From positions 1,482 through 65,481 of the forward strand of contig CAJWEH010000001.1 of the NCBI GenBank assembly GCA_913031135.1: 64,000 bases of DNA. Direction: 5' to 3'. The notes below the pieces were generated by a model that did not search any database, had not been told where the DNA came from, and saw only the letters and a list, made by a program, of their open reading frames with translations. The DNA comes from an uncultured Puniceicoccaceae bacterium. Lineage in GTDB: Bacteria > Verrucomicrobiota > Verrucomicrobiia > Opitutales > Coraliomargaritaceae. The position numbers and the translations under genes were made by a program. This document shows, piece after piece, positions 20,740 to 31,447 of this stretch. Position 1 is the first letter of the stretch. Every line of letters begins with the position of its first letter.

Positions 20740-21837
20740 CTAAATGGAATGAAGGATGGCTTCGCTCATTTCTTTTGTAGAAAGTGCCTTGCCTCCAAAT
20801 GCTATGTCGCCAGTTCGACTGCCCGATGTTACTGCTTTTTCAACTGCTTTCTCGATCGTTTCTGCTGCTTCATTTTCACCAAAGCTGTAACGAAGCATCA
20901 TTGCTGCAGATAAAATTTGAGCACAAGGATTTGCGATTCCCTTTCCTGCGATATCGGGTGCAGTTCCGCCAGAGGGTTCGTATAAGCCAAATGGCAGTCC
21001 AATAGAATTTTTACTAGCTCCTAAACTAGCCGATGCGAGCATGCCGAGAGAGCCACAAATGACGCCCATCTCATCAGAAAGTATGTCTCCAAACATGTTT
21101 TCGGTGAAGAGCACATCAAATTGGTTTGGGTCTCTAGCGAGTTGCATCGCTGCATTGTCGACATACATATGAGAGAGCTCAATTTCAGGAGCATGCTTCT
21201 TGAAATAGTCGGTAACTGTTTTTCTCCATAGTACTGAAGTTTCTAGTACATTTGCTTTATCAACGGAGCAGACTTTTTTTTGCCTGTTTTTTGCGGTATC
21301 GATGGCAACTTTAGCAATGCGTTCAATCTCACTAGTTTTATAGATCATTGTGTCTAGGGCAACAGTTTCACCTGCTTCTTCATAGGTGGATTTGGGCTGT
21401 CCAAAATAAATACCGCCCGTTAGCTCACGGATGCATACAATATCGATTCCCTTAGGGATACGTTCGCTTTTGAGCGGAGAGGCTTCGGCAAGTTCCGAGT
21501 ACAAGAGACCAGGTCTAATATTTGCATAAAGTGAAAAGGCTTTTCGTATGGGTAACAATGCTGCTCGTTCTGGTTGATCTTTTGGGGGCAGGGACTCCCA
21601 TTTCGGACCACCAACTGAACCAAATAAAATAGCATCTGATTCTTCGCAGATGGCTTGTGTTGTTACTGGGAATGCAGTCCCATGGTTATCAATAGCAATA
21701 CCGCCGATGTCGGCAGTTTGGTAGTCGAGTGTGAAGTTGAATCGCTCACCAATAATTTTCAGAATGTCCAATGTCACTGACATGACTTCAGGACCAATTC
21801 CGTCTCCAGGTAATACAGCAAATTTTAAGGATTTCAT
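20740..21837 (-). CDS. leuB: 3-isopropylmalate dehydrogenase
   Basis: LPGDGIGPEV, RELTGGIYFG and NMFGDILSDE motifs. Confidence 0.9.
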   Translation of the reverse strand: MKSLKFAVLPGDGIGPEVMSVTLDILKIIGERFNFTLDYQTADIGGIAIDNHGTAFPVTTQAICEESDAILFGSVGGPKWESLPPKDQPERAALLPIRKAFSLYANIRPGLLYSELAEASPLKSERIPKGIDIVCIRELTGGIYFGQPKSTYEEAGETVALDTMIYKTSEIERIAKVAIDTAKNRQKKVCSVDKANVLETSVLWRKTVTDYFKKHAPEIELSHMYVDNAAMQLARDPNQFDVLFTENMFGDILSDEMGVICGSLGMLASASLGASKNSIGLPFGLYEPSGGTAPDIAGKGIANPCAQILSAAMMLRYSFGENEAAETIEKAVEKAVTSGSRTGDIAFGGKALSTKEMSEAILHSI

Positions 21838-21862
21838 ATAAATTTTAGTATAGTTTGAACGA

Positions 21863-22747
21863 TTAACCTGAATAGCAAGCCATTAAAGTTTCAGCTATTT
21901 TTGATGGATTCAGTGCAATTTTCACGCCTGCATCTTCCATTGCTTCAAATTTCGCCTCTGCTGTTCCTGCTCCGCTTTCTGAAATGATGGCTCCGGCATG
22001 CCCCATGGTTCGACCCTTAGGTGCTGAAGCACCTGCAATAAATCCTGCTATTGGTTTTGTGACATGCTCTTTTATGTATTTGCAGGCTTCCTCTTCTGCA
22101 TTTCCTCCGATTTCGCCAATCATGATAATGGCTTCGGTTTCAGGATCTTCATTAAATAATTGGATCGCATCTTTTTGTGAGGTTCCATTGATCGGATCAC
22201 CACCAATACCAATACAAGTGCTCTGTCCGAGTCCGTTTTGGGTTAATTGCCAGACGGCTTCGTAGGTAAGAGTTCCCGATCTTGAAACCACGCCGACTTT
22301 TCCAGGCTTATGAATATATCCTGGCATGATTCCAATTTTACATTGTCCAGGAGTGATGATGCCTGGGCAATTCGGGCCAATTAGGCGAGTTTTTACGGAC
22401 GTTTGATTGAGTTTGTGTCGAACTTCAGCCATATCGCGTACGGGTATCCCTTCAGTGATACAAATGACTAAAGGTATTTCTGCTTCGATCGATTCCAATA
22501 TCGAATCAGCCGCGAATGGAGGCGGAACATAAATGACAGAAACATTAGCCCCATACTCTTGAACTGACTCTTTTACGGTATTACAAATAGGCACAGTGTT
22601 TTCCCAGAGCAGTCCACCTTTTCCGGGGGTGACTCCAGCGACGACTTGTGTTCCATATTCAACGCATTGTTGTGTATGAAAAGTGCCCGCTTTTCCTGTG
22701 ATTCCTTGAACGACTAAGCGTGTATCCTTATCGACTAAAATGCTCAT
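21863..22747 (-). CDS. sucD: Succinyl-CoA synthetase alpha subunit
   Basis: [21 protein letters not shown] and the phosphohistidine loop MGHAGAI. Confidence 0.95.
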   Translation of the reverse strand: MSILVDKDTRLVVQGITGKAGTFHTQQCVEYGTQVVAGVTPGKGGLLWENTVPICNTVKESVQEYGANVSVIYVPPPFAADSILESIEAEIPLVICITEGIPVRDMAEVRHKLNQTSVKTRLIGPNCPGIITPGQCKIGIMPGYIHKPGKVGVVSRSGTLTYEAVWQLTQNGLGQSTCIGIGGDPINGTSQKDAIQLFNEDPETEAIIMIGEIGGNAEEEACKYIKEHVTKPIAGFIAGASAPKGRTMGHAGAIISESGAGTAEAKFEAMEDAGVKIALNPSKIAETLMACYSG

Positions 22748-22768
22748 AATACTATAGTTATTTTGGTG

Positions 22769-23956
22769 TTAAGCGCTAACTTTTTGAGTGATAAATTCAG
22801 CTGCTTCGGCTAAGCTATCTGCTGGTGTCAGCTCTAGGCCACTTTCTTTCAAGATGGCTTTGCCTGCTTCTACATTCGTTCCTTCTAGACGGACGACTAG
22901 TGGCACTGAAAGAGCAACATTTTTAGCAGCGGCGACTATGCCTCGTGCTATAATGTCACATTTCATAATGCCACCAAATATATTGACTAAGATTCCCTTT
23001 ACATTGGGGTCAGAGACAATGATTTTAAAGGCGGCAGTGACTTGCTCTTCATTAGCTCCGCCACCAACGTCTAAAAAGTTGGCAGGTTCACCGCCATAAG
23101 ATTTTATAATATCCATTGTGGCCATAGCAAGTCCTGCTCCATTAACCATACAGGCAATATTACCTTCAAGAGCGATGTAATTTAAATTATATTCGGATGC
23201 CTCAACTTCTTTGGGGTCTTCTTCATTTGTGTCCCTGAGTTCAGCGATGTCTGGGTGTTTAAAGACGGCATTACTGTCAAAACTAACCTTGGCATCGAGT
23301 GCAAAAATAGACCCGTCTTTATCAGTAACCATCGGGTTAATTTCAACCATTTCAGCATTTTTTTCTAAGTACAAGCGATAGAGTCCATATAGTAATTTAG
23401 AAAACGCTTTAACCTGATCACCTTGAAATCCTAATTGAAAAGCAATTGAACGACAATGATGTGCCTTCAATCCAAGATCTTGTGATAATGAGACGCGTAT
23501 GATCTTTTCAGGCGTTTTCTCTGCAACGGATTCAATATCCACACCGCCTTCAGTCGAAGCTATAATGACCGTTTGTGCGCTTTCACGGTCAAGAAGAATG
23601 GCTAGATAATATTCATGATCAATAGTACAGGCTTCTGTAAAGTAGAGCGTCTGAACTTTTCTTCCTTGAGGTCCTGTTTGTTTCGTAACCAGATGGTTGC
23701 CTAACATTTTTAAGGCTGTTTCCTTTGCCTTGTCTTTGGAATCACATAATTGGACGCCACCTTGAAAGCCATCGGTAAAGGTTCCTTTGCCTCGTCCACC
23801 AGCATGAATTTGTGCTTTAACGACGATAAAATCACTAGCATCTAGCGATTCAATGGCAGAATCGATGCCATCTTCGTCGTGAGCAGAGAACCCTTTGGGT
23901 ACTGGTACATTATAATCTTTGAGTAGTTCTTTAGCCTGATATTCGTGTATGTTCAT
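22769..23956 (-). CDS. sucC: Succinyl-CoA synthetase beta subunit
   Basis: [12 protein letters not shown] start (as in E. coli MNLHEYQAK, so trimmed from 23965), an ATP-grasp domain, and [18 protein letters not shown]. Confidence 0.95.
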   Translation of the reverse strand: MNIHEYQAKELLKDYNVPVPKGFSAHDEDGIDSAIESLDASDFIVVKAQIHAGGRGKGTFTDGFQGGVQLCDSKDKAKETALKMLGNHLVTKQTGPQGRKVQTLYFTEACTIDHEYYLAILLDRESAQTVIIASTEGGVDIESVAEKTPEKIIRVSLSQDLGLKAHHCRSIAFQLGFQGDQVKAFSKLLYGLYRLYLEKNAEMVEINPMVTDKDGSIFALDAKVSFDSNAVFKHPDIAELRDTNEEDPKEVEASEYNLNYIALEGNIACMVNGAGLAMATMDIIKSYGGEPANFLDVGGGANEEQVTAAFKIIVSDPNVKGILVNIFGGIMKCDIIARGIVAAAKNVALSVPLVVRLEGTNVEAGKAILKESGLELTPADSLAEAAEFITQKVSA

Positions 23957-23973
23957 ATTGATCAACGTTTGGA

Positions 23974-24001
23974 TTTATAATCCATCTATTTGAGATGTCA
24001 A
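23974..24001 (-). promoter_or_regulatory. Candidate sigma70-type promoter for sucCD-leuB-alaS
   Basis: The minus strand reads TTGACA (24001-23996), a 16-nt spacer, then TATAAA (23979-23974). It lies about 17 nt upstream of the sucC start at 23956 (8 nt from the first in-frame ATG at 23965). Confidence 0.35.
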
Positions 24002-24056
24002 AGAGGTCGCAAAAGTGCAACTTAATATGCGCCTTTTTTGTATTTTTTTAAGGAAT

Positions 24057-24093
24057 AATAAAAAAGCCCTTATCGAATGATAAGGGCTTTTGA
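24057..24093 (-). terminator. Intrinsic terminator downstream of the EF-G gene
   Basis: 10-bp stem AGCCCTTATC / GATAAGGGCT (24066-24089) with a 4-nt loop, followed on the minus strand by T7. Confidence 0.7.
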
Positions 24094-24124
24094 AATATTT
24101 AATCAGTATTCAAGACTTGGGGGC

Positions 24125-26236
24125 TTATTTTCTTTTAGCCTCTTCTCGTTCTTTTGCTTCTTTAATCACTTCTTCAGCAACTGCTTTAGGAGTAGCTGCA
24201 TAGTGAGAGAATTCCATTGAGAATTGTCCTCTTCCTGAAGTCATTGTTCTCAGGTGTCCAATATAGCCGAACATTTCACTCAATGGTGCGTCTGCTTTAA
24301 TTCTGATTCCTGTTGAAGCAGGCTCTTGAGTTTTAATAATTCCTCTTCGTCTATTTAAGTCTCCGATAACATCACCCATATTTTCTTCGGAACAGAAGAC
24401 ATCAATTTTCATAACAGGTTCAAGGATGTCTGGTTTTCCTTTTGGAATAGACTGTCTGTAAGCTGCTTTTGAAGCAATTTCGAAGGCAACTGCTGATGAG
24501 TCAACTGCGTGGAAGGCGCCGTCGGAAAGGGTGACTTTCAGGTCAACGGTTGGATATCCCGCTAGGACACCTTTGTCTAATGATGATTTAAATCCTTTCT
24601 CAACAGCTGGCCAGTACTCTCTTGGGACGTTACCACCAACCACTTTAGATTCAAATTCAAAGCCAGAACCAGGTTCAAGTGGTTCGATTGTATAATCAAT
24701 TTTAGCAAACTGACCAGATCCACCAGATTGTTTCTTGTGCGTGTATGAATCGGTAACTGGTATTGTGAGGGTTTCTCTGTAGGCAACTTGTGGTTTTCCG
24801 ATTTCAGCTTCTACTCCATAAGTTCTTTTCAGAATATCGACTTTAATATCTAAGTGTAATTCACCCATGCCTTTAAGAATGGTCTCTCCAGAATCTTCAT
24901 CCGTTTCGACTTGGAATGATGGGTCTTCCGAAACCATTTTTCCGATGGCAACTCCCAATTTCTCAGCTTGTCCTTTATCCTTGGGTTTAATGGCTAAGGA
25001 AATAACAGGATCTGGGAAAACCATTGGTTCTAAAGTTGCAGGATTAGCTGGGTCACACAATGTATGTCCTGTTTGTACCGATTTCATACCTAGAAGGGCA
25101 ACAATATCACCCGCTTGTGCCGATTCTATTTCACTTCGATCGTCAGCGTGCATTTCAATGATACGACCGATTCGCTCACTTTTGCCGGTAAAGGTATTCA
25201 GTACCGTCATTCCTTTTTGAATCTTACCTGAATATATTCTTGTAAATGTGAGTGCTCCATATTTGTCATCCATAATTTTGAATGCAAGGGCTCTGAGTGG
25301 TTTATTGGGATCCACGATCGCAAATTCACCCGTTTCATTTCCTTCAGGATCAACTTCAGGTTGGGGGTTAATTTCTGTTGGATCGGGCAAATAGTCGACG
25401 ACGGCATCGAGAACTAATTGTACGCCTTTATTTTTAAAAGAAGAGCCACAGTAGGTTGGGAAGAAATTAAGATCTTTTGTTCCTTTTCGTATGCATTTTT
25501 TAATGACATCAATACTTGGCTCATCCCCATTTAGATAAGACTCCATTGCGTCATCGTCTTGTTCTACGGCAGTTTCAATTAATTTTTCGCGCCATTTTTC
25601 AACAGCATCAACCATGTCTTCTGGGACATCCTTGATTTCATAATTCATTGGGTCGCCTGAATCATCCCAAATCCATGCTTTTCGCGTCAGTAAATCAACA
25701 ACGCCTGACAGATCACTTTCTTGTCCAATCGGAAGGACCATCACTAGTGGCGTAGCGGCTAAAACATTTTCTACCTGTTCAACCACTTTGTAAAAATCAG
25801 CACCAATACGGTCGAGCTTATTCACATAGATAAGGCGAGCAACCTTAGATTCATTTGCGTATCTCCAATTTGTTTCAGATTGAGGTTCCACTCCGCCAGA
25901 TCCACAGAACACACCTACGCCACCATCTAAGACTTTTAGCGATCGATAGACCTCAACAGTAAAGTCAACGTGTCCTGGGGTATCGATTATGTTGAATCGG
26001 TGTGGTTCAAATTGATTGTCGCTACCAGACCAAAAGCAAGTTGTAGCTGCTGATTGAATGGTGATGCCACGTTCTTGCTCTTGTTCCATAAAGTCGGTTG
26101 TCGCAGCTCCATCGTGCACCTCACCTAACTTGTGAATCTTTCCTGTTAACTTTAGGATACGTTCAGTTGTTGTTGTTTTACCTGCATCCACGTGTGCGAA
26201 AATGCCGATATTTCTATATTTATTTAGATCTGTCAT
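24125..26236 (-). CDS. fusA: Elongation factor G family GTPase, stand-alone copy outside any str operon
   Basis: 703 aa. [16 protein letters not shown]1 motif, DTPGHVDF and NKLDR. All five EF-G domains are recognisable. No rpsL/rpsG/tuf genes are adjacent. Confidence 0.9.
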   Translation of the reverse strand: MTDLNKYRNIGIFAHVDAGKTTTTERILKLTGKIHKLGEVHDGAATTDFMEQEQERGITIQSAATTCFWSGSDNQFEPHRFNIIDTPGHVDFTVEVYRSLKVLDGGVGVFCGSGGVEPQSETNWRYANESKVARLIYVNKLDRIGADFYKVVEQVENVLAATPLVMVLPIGQESDLSGVVDLLTRKAWIWDDSGDPMNYEIKDVPEDMVDAVEKWREKLIETAVEQDDDAMESYLNGDEPSIDVIKKCIRKGTKDLNFFPTYCGSSFKNKGVQLVLDAVVDYLPDPTEINPQPEVDPEGNETGEFAIVDPNKPLRALAFKIMDDKYGALTFTRIYSGKIQKGMTVLNTFTGKSERIGRIIEMHADDRSEIESAQAGDIVALLGMKSVQTGHTLCDPANPATLEPMVFPDPVISLAIKPKDKGQAEKLGVAIGKMVSEDPSFQVETDEDSGETILKGMGELHLDIKVDILKRTYGVEAEIGKPQVAYRETLTIPVTDSYTHKKQSGGSGQFAKIDYTIEPLEPGSGFEFESKVVGGNVPREYWPAVEKGFKSSLDKGVLAGYPTVDLKVTLSDGAFHAVDSSAVAFEIASKAAYRQSIPKGKPDILEPVMKIDVFCSEENMGDVIGDLNRRRGIIKTQEPASTGIRIKADAPLSEMFGYIGHLRTMTSGRGQFSMEFSHYAATPKAVAEEVIKEAKEREEAKRK

Positions 26237-26411
26237 TGTGTTTTAAAAGAAATGTAAAAAGCGCTTAAAAGTTCGGTTTTGTGCTAATTTAATAAAAATT
26301 CAACTCAAATAATTAAAAAATAAAAATTGCGAGAATAGAAATACCGATTCATTCTGCAAGTCTCGAGTCCGTTTTTTTATTCGATCCTTTTATATCTTTT
26401 TTATTATAGCA

Positions 26412-27872
26412 ATGGCTAGCAACATGAGTTCTCAAAATGAAGCACAATCTGAAAAGCCTTTGATTGCTGTCGCTGGGGCAAGCGGCTTTGTTGGAACGCA
26501 CCTGCGTCGTAAGTTATCTAAAGATTTCAAATTTAAAGCCTTAACGAGAAGCAAATTTATCGCCAAGGGGTCGCCAGATAAGCATTCAACGGTATGGCAT
26601 CAGTGTGATTTGTATTCATTGCCTAAGTTAACGGAGTCGTTAAAAGGCTGTAAATATGGCATTTACCTTGTGCATTCAATGGCTCCTTCTAGTCGTTTGA
26701 TGCAAGGAAATTTTGAAGATTTAGATTTATTGCTAGCAGACAATTTTATACGGGCGGCGGAGGATGCAGGGCTTGAGCATGTGGTTTATTTGAGTGGTTT
26801 GATGCCCGATCAGCCAGTTGAGACCTTTTCTCCACATTTAAAGAGTCGCTATGAAGTGGAGTCGGTTTTAAAGAGTCGATCGGTTAAAGTGACTATTTTG
26901 AGAGCGGGCATTATTTTTGGTCCTGGTGGTTCTTCTTTTTCTATTTTAGTGAACTTAGTTCGCAGGCTTCCACTTATGATTTTCCCAGCGTGGACGCAGT
27001 CATTAACTCAGTCGGTTGATATCAATGATATTTGTCGCGCTTTTGATGCCTGCCTGAAAGAAGAGCAATTTGGTGGTCATACTTTTGATTTAGGAGGTCA
27101 TAAGCCCATGCGCTATGCCGCAATGGTTGAGATGGTTTCAAAACAGCTGAATAGGAAATTCTCCTCTTTCTTTATTCCGTTTAACTTTTTTTATTTTTCA
27201 AAACATTGGTTGTCCGTATTGGGCGGGGTTCCACTTTCTTTGGTTGGTCCGCTCCAACAAAGTTTAACGCATGATTTATCGCCCAAGAAAAACCCTCTAT
27301 CTGAATATCTTAAGGAAGGATTAACGAGTTTTGAAGATTCCTTTGCACTTTCTGTGAATACAGACGGAAGTCCAAAGCCGAATCCAAGAAGTAGCACTCA
27401 GAAATTAGACACTAAAGATTTACAACAAGAATGTAGGGTACGATCAGTCCAAAGAATGCCTCTGCCTGTTGGCTGGAATTCTCAGCAGGTTGCCAGGGAG
27501 TACAGTGAGTGGCTGAATCGTAAATTTGTCGGAATCATTCGAGCTAAGATAAGGGATGATGGGAAAATTCGATTCTATCTATTGGGTAAGATACTTTTGT
27601 TGGAGTTGACCCAAACGCCTTACACATTTTCTAATCTGAGGCGTTGTGCTTTCTACATATCAGGAGGTCTTTTAGTCAAAGGGGTTGAGCCAAAGGGTCG
27701 ATTTGAGTTCCGATTGTTTCCTGAAAATAATTGTTTAATAGCTGCTATTCATGGTTATGCACCTATCTTGCCGTGGTGGATTTATTCATACACGCAAGCA
27801 ATTTTGCACCTTAGAGTGATGCGTTCTTTTGCAAGGCATTTGCAACGCCACAATCTAAATGCACAAAAATGA
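26412..27872 (+). CDS. NAD(P)-binding (NmrA/atypical SDR-like) protein with a DUF2867-like C-terminal domain
   Basis: VAGASGFVGTHL Rossmann motif. The C-terminal half (FEFRLFPE...PILPWWIYSYTQAILHLRVM) resembles DUF2867 as I recall it. Confidence 0.55.
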   Translation: MASNMSSQNEAQSEKPLIAVAGASGFVGTHLRRKLSKDFKFKALTRSKFIAKGSPDKHSTVWHQCDLYSLPKLTESLKGCKYGIYLVHSMAPSSRLMQGNFEDLDLLLADNFIRAAEDAGLEHVVYLSGLMPDQPVETFSPHLKSRYEVESVLKSRSVKVTILRAGIIFGPGGSSFSILVNLVRRLPLMIFPAWTQSLTQSVDINDICRAFDACLKEEQFGGHTFDLGGHKPMRYAAMVEMVSKQLNRKFSSFFIPFNFFYFSKHWLSVLGGVPLSLVGPLQQSLTHDLSPKKNPLSEYLKEGLTSFEDSFALSVNTDGSPKPNPRSSTQKLDTKDLQQECRVRSVQRMPLPVGWNSQQVAREYSEWLNRKFVGIIRAKIRDDGKIRFYLLGKILLLELTQTPYTFSNLRRCAFYISGGLLVKGVEPKGRFEFRLFPENNCLIAAIHGYAPILPWWIYSYTQAILHLRVMRSFARHLQRHNLNAQK

Positions 27873-27931
27873 TGTGATTTGTTTGATTTTTTCCATTGCC
27901 GAATGACTCCGAATCTTTCTTTTTTATAAGT

Positions 27932-29512
27932 ATGGCTAACAATCCTGTTAAAATTTATGATACAACTTTAAGAGATGGTTCTCAAGGAGAGGGTATTTCA
28001 TTTACGGTTGCTGCGAAATTGAGGATCGCCGAAAAGCTGGATCAATTTGGTGTTGATTATATCGAGGGTGGTTGGCCTGGGTCGAATCCTCGTGACGTTT
28101 CTTTTTTTGAAGAGGCGAAACAACTCAATTTGAAACAGGCTAAATTGGTAGCATTTGGTTCAACTCGTAGAGCAAATTTGTCGGTAGAGGACGATCCTCA
28201 AATCAAGCTATTAATCGAAGCAGAAACACCAGTGGTTACTATTTTTGGTAAATCATGGTTGTTGCACGTGACGGAGATTATCAAAACAACTGCAGAAGAG
28301 AACATTCAGATGATTGAAGATTCTGTCCGATATTTAACCGAGCAAGGAAAGGAAGTGATCTACGATGCCGAACATTTTTTCGATGGCTATAAAGATAATG
28401 CAGACTATGCATTAAATACTTTAAAAGCAGCTCAAAGAGGGGGTGCTTCAAATTTAACGCTTTGTGATACGAACGGAGGATGTTTAGTGCATGAGGTGCT
28501 CAAAATTGCTTCTCAAGTGAAAGAAACAATAATCAATACGCCAATAGGGGTTCATTGTCATAATGACTCAGATTTGGGGGTTGCTGTTTCCTTAGCTGGG
28601 ATTGAGGCAGGTGCAGAGTTGGTTCAAGGAACGATCAACGGTATTGGAGAGCGAAATGGTAACGCTAACCTAACTTCAATCATCCCAAATCTCACTTTGA
28701 AAATGAACCGAGAGCTTCATTGCTCAAATAATTTATCAAAACTTCGTTCGCTCTCTTTGTTTGTTGATGAAATGTCGAACCAATCTTCAAATACAAAAGC
28801 ACCTTTTGTTGGATTAAGTGCCTTTGCCCATAAGGGTGGTGTGCATGCAGATGCGGCTGCAAAGGTTAAGCATAGTTATGAGCACATTGAGCCAGAATCC
28901 GTTGGTAATAAAACGCGAGTGTTGGTTTCCGACATGTCTGGGCGTAGTAGTATCATGATGAAGGCAAAGGAAATTGGGCTTGATTTAGATGCTCGGTCCC
29001 CTGAGTTAAAAGCGTTTCTAGGGGAATTGAAAGAGCTTGAATTTAAAGGCTATGAATACGAAGCAGCCGATGCTTCATTGAAGTTATTACTTAATCGTTA
29101 TGTTAAGGGTAAGGAGCGAGAAATTGAATTGCTTGGCTATCGTGTTATGGTCAGTGATCAAGTTTCACTTGGTCGGATTGTCTCTGAAGCATCTGTAAAA
29201 ATTAAAGTTGGTGATAAGGAACATCACACTGTAGCTGAAGCAAGGGGGCCAGTTGACGCTTTAAACGAAGCTTTAACAAAGGCCTTAGCTCCTGTTTTTC
29301 CTGAAGTATTAGACATTCGTCTTTTAGACTTTAAAGTTCGAATACTTGAAAATAAGCACGGTACGGATGCGATCATTCGAGTGCATATAGAATCCACGGA
29401 TGGGGAGGCTATGTGGGGAACGGTTGGTGCAAGTGACAACATCATTGCAGCTGCTTGGGAAGCTTTGGTTGATTCAGTCGAATATAAAATTGAGATGAAT
29501 CAACTAAAATAG
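27932..29512 (+). CDS. cimA: Citramalate synthase / 2-isopropylmalate synthase family (CimA-type)
   Basis: IYDTTLRDGSQGEGISF...YIEGGWPGSNPRD is typical of CimA, with HCHND and a C-terminal LeuA-dimer-like regulatory domain. Start trimmed to the ATG at 27932. Confidence 0.8.
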   Translation: MANNPVKIYDTTLRDGSQGEGISFTVAAKLRIAEKLDQFGVDYIEGGWPGSNPRDVSFFEEAKQLNLKQAKLVAFGSTRRANLSVEDDPQIKLLIEAETPVVTIFGKSWLLHVTEIIKTTAEENIQMIEDSVRYLTEQGKEVIYDAEHFFDGYKDNADYALNTLKAAQRGGASNLTLCDTNGGCLVHEVLKIASQVKETIINTPIGVHCHNDSDLGVAVSLAGIEAGAELVQGTINGIGERNGNANLTSIIPNLTLKMNRELHCSNNLSKLRSLSLFVDEMSNQSSNTKAPFVGLSAFAHKGGVHADAAAKVKHSYEHIEPESVGNKTRVLVSDMSGRSSIMMKAKEIGLDLDARSPELKAFLGELKELEFKGYEYEAADASLKLLLNRYVKGKEREIELLGYRVMVSDQVSLGRIVSEASVKIKVGDKEHHTVAEARGPVDALNEALTKALAPVFPEVLDIRLLDFKVRILENKHGTDAIIRVHIESTDGEAMWGTVGASDNIIAAAWEALVDSVEYKIEMNQLK

Positions 29513-29519
29513 GCTTGGA

Positions 29520-29801
29520 TCATCCCTCTAAATCCGACTTAAGGTTTTTTGCTATTTCTTCCTTGATGATGGTTTTATGTTCATCATTGAGAACGGAGTC
29601 TGGGTGTGTGTACTCTAAGATTTCTTCCTCATGCTTTCTGTAATGACAGCAGATGTCTTGGTTTTCCATGACCTGACGATTAAATTTTCCGCAGAAAACA
29701 CAAAGCTTTACATGTAATTGCAAAAACATCCTTTTAACTAATGGAAGCTTTTTATAATCCTTTTGTTGGAGTGATTTAGAAACCTGTTTGCAAGTAAACA
29801 T
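29520..29801 (-). CDS. Small soluble zinc-binding anti-sigma factor (ZAS, zf-HC2)
   Basis: 93 aa with no TM segment. C4 plus H30-x3-C34-x2-C37 (LHVKLCVFC). It starts 16 nt downstream of the ECF sigma gene. Confidence 0.6.
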   Translation of the reverse strand: MFTCKQVSKSLQQKDYKKLPLVKRMFLQLHVKLCVFCGKFNRQVMENQDICCHYRKHEEEILEYTHPDSVLNDEHKTIIKEEIAKNLKSDLEG

Positions 29802-29817
29802 ATTTTATTCAAATAGT

Positions 29818-30411
29818 TTATACTGAATCCCTGTTGAGCCACTTTTCTTTCAGTATACCTTTTAGTTGTTCTCTAGCTCTGTGAATCAGAACCCATAGAT
29901 AGTTCGGTGTTATGTCCATAACCTTACAAACTTCTTCAGTTGTTTTATCTTCGAGCATCTTCAATACAAAGGCTTGCTTAATTGGATTTTTTAAGTGGTC
30001 GACACATTCTATAAAGACAGCCCAAAATTCTTTATTATCAAATTGTTTTCTTGGGTTGAATTCCCAAGGGTCTGGGTTCGTAGTAGCAATCCCGCTATAT
30101 TTAAACCACATACTTTCCATTAATGCTTCATCTTCTTGACTAATATCAACGGTTTGCGACTTGATCGATTTTCTAATTTGATCGACAATTTTATTTCGCA
30201 TGATACCTCGAAGCCAAAATTTTATATCTAGGCGACCGTCAAATTTATCTAATGCCTTAATACCCGCCAAGAAGGTGTCTTGTACGCAATCCGCTGCAAC
30301 TTCTGGGTTTTTAAGTCTTGAGAGTGCGTATCTATAAAGATAGTCACCATATAAATCAACCCACTCAGAAGGTTGTTTGATGTTGGAGTTTTCCTTCTCG
30401 ACATTTGGCAT
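29818..30411 (-). CDS. ECF-type RNA polymerase sigma factor
   Basis: Sigma-2 block (YLYRYALSRL...DCVQDTFLAGIKALDKFD...FWLRGIMRNKIVDQIRK) and a sigma-4 HTH (EEVCKVMDITPNYLWVLIHRAREQL), joined by a long linker. Confidence 0.85.
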   Translation of the reverse strand: MPNVEKENSNIKQPSEWVDLYGDYLYRYALSRLKNPEVAADCVQDTFLAGIKALDKFDGRLDIKFWLRGIMRNKIVDQIRKSIKSQTVDISQEDEALMESMWFKYSGIATTNPDPWEFNPRKQFDNKEFWAVFIECVDHLKNPIKQAFVLKMLEDKTTEEVCKVMDITPNYLWVLIHRAREQLKGILKEKWLNRDSV

Positions 30412-30520
30412 TTAATACAGAATTAATAGTACTTATAAGAGATAGGTCAATACTTGCTTTAAAGGCAGGTACGGTGAATACGTTTACATTGTGGTATATT
30501 TGGCAAAAAAAAACTCCGGC

Positions 30521-31432
30521 ATGGATCGTAAAGCTTCATGGATTATTTGGATTTTTAAGGACGGCAAGCAAGGGCATGAGGCTCAGGTTGACGGACTTGT
30601 GAACGCATTGAGTAAATTAGTCGGCTTGGAAGTGCATACCTTTTCTGTTGAACGGCCTTTTACTGAAAATATAATTAATAGTTTTTCTAAATTCAAATGG
30701 AAGGAGTATCCAAGTCCTGATTTAATAATTGGGGCTGGTCATTCGACACACTTATGGATGCTTTTTGCTCGTTTTAAGTATGGTGGTAAAGTCGTTGTTT
30801 TGATGAAGCCAAGTTTACCGCTTTTCTTATTTGATCTTGCTTTAATTCCAAAGCACGATGTACCAAGCGATTTAAAGAAGGTCGTAGCGACTAGTGGAGT
30901 TCTCAATAAAATTCAACAATCTGTATCTAGTTTGTCAGACCGAGGTTTAATTCTTATGGGTGGAGTATCCAAGCATTATCATTGGGATACGAAGTCAGTC
31001 TACGAGCAAGTGAATCAGTTAGTTGTTAGCAATCCGGAAATTAAATGGGAGCTAACCACTTCAAGGCGAACTCCTGAAGAAACGCTGAATGCGTTGAATG
31101 ACTTAAGATTGAATAATCTTATCGTAACACCCTTTGAAGAAACGGACTCAAATTGGGTCGCACAAAGGCTGAGTATTGCAGGCCGTGTGTGGGTTACAGA
31201 GGATAGTGTTTCTATGGTTTACGAAGCTTTGAGTGCGGGTGCAGAAGTTGGCTTAATTCCTCTGAAGGCTGTTAATCAACAAAATCGTATTGTAAAAGGA
31301 ATTCAGTCATTAAAAAGTGAGGGGCTTACGATTTCTAGTATGCAGTTGAGTTCAACGGCTCACAAATTAAAGGAACCATTTAATGAGGCAAAACGTTGTG
31401 CTCAAATTATTGTCGATCGTTTTTTGAGCTAA
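30521..31432 (+). CDS. ELM1 / DUF1022 family protein (predicted GT-B-like, function unknown)
   Basis: N-terminal IIWIFKDGKQGHEAQVDGLVNAL matches the family hallmark as I recall it. About 300 aa. ATG at 30521 preferred over the GTG at 30491. Confidence 0.5.
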   Translation: MDRKASWIIWIFKDGKQGHEAQVDGLVNALSKLVGLEVHTFSVERPFTENIINSFSKFKWKEYPSPDLIIGAGHSTHLWMLFARFKYGGKVVVLMKPSLPLFLFDLALIPKHDVPSDLKKVVATSGVLNKIQQSVSSLSDRGLILMGGVSKHYHWDTKSVYEQVNQLVVSNPEIKWELTTSRRTPEETLNALNDLRLNNLIVTPFEETDSNWVAQRLSIAGRVWVTEDSVSMVYEALSAGAEVGLIPLKAVNQQNRIVKGIQSLKSEGLTISSMQLSSTAHKLKEPFNEAKRCAQIIVDRFLS

Positions 31433-31447
31433 TTACATAAGAATAAA

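Noticed and set aside
30505-30513. A9 homopolymer 8 nt upstream of the ELM1-like ATG, plus T7-T8 runs inside the O-antigen-ligase-like gene. Considered as slipped-strand phase-variation tracts.
   Set aside because: The tracts are short for phase variation and unremarkable in AT-rich DNA. Without population or read-level length variation there is no support.
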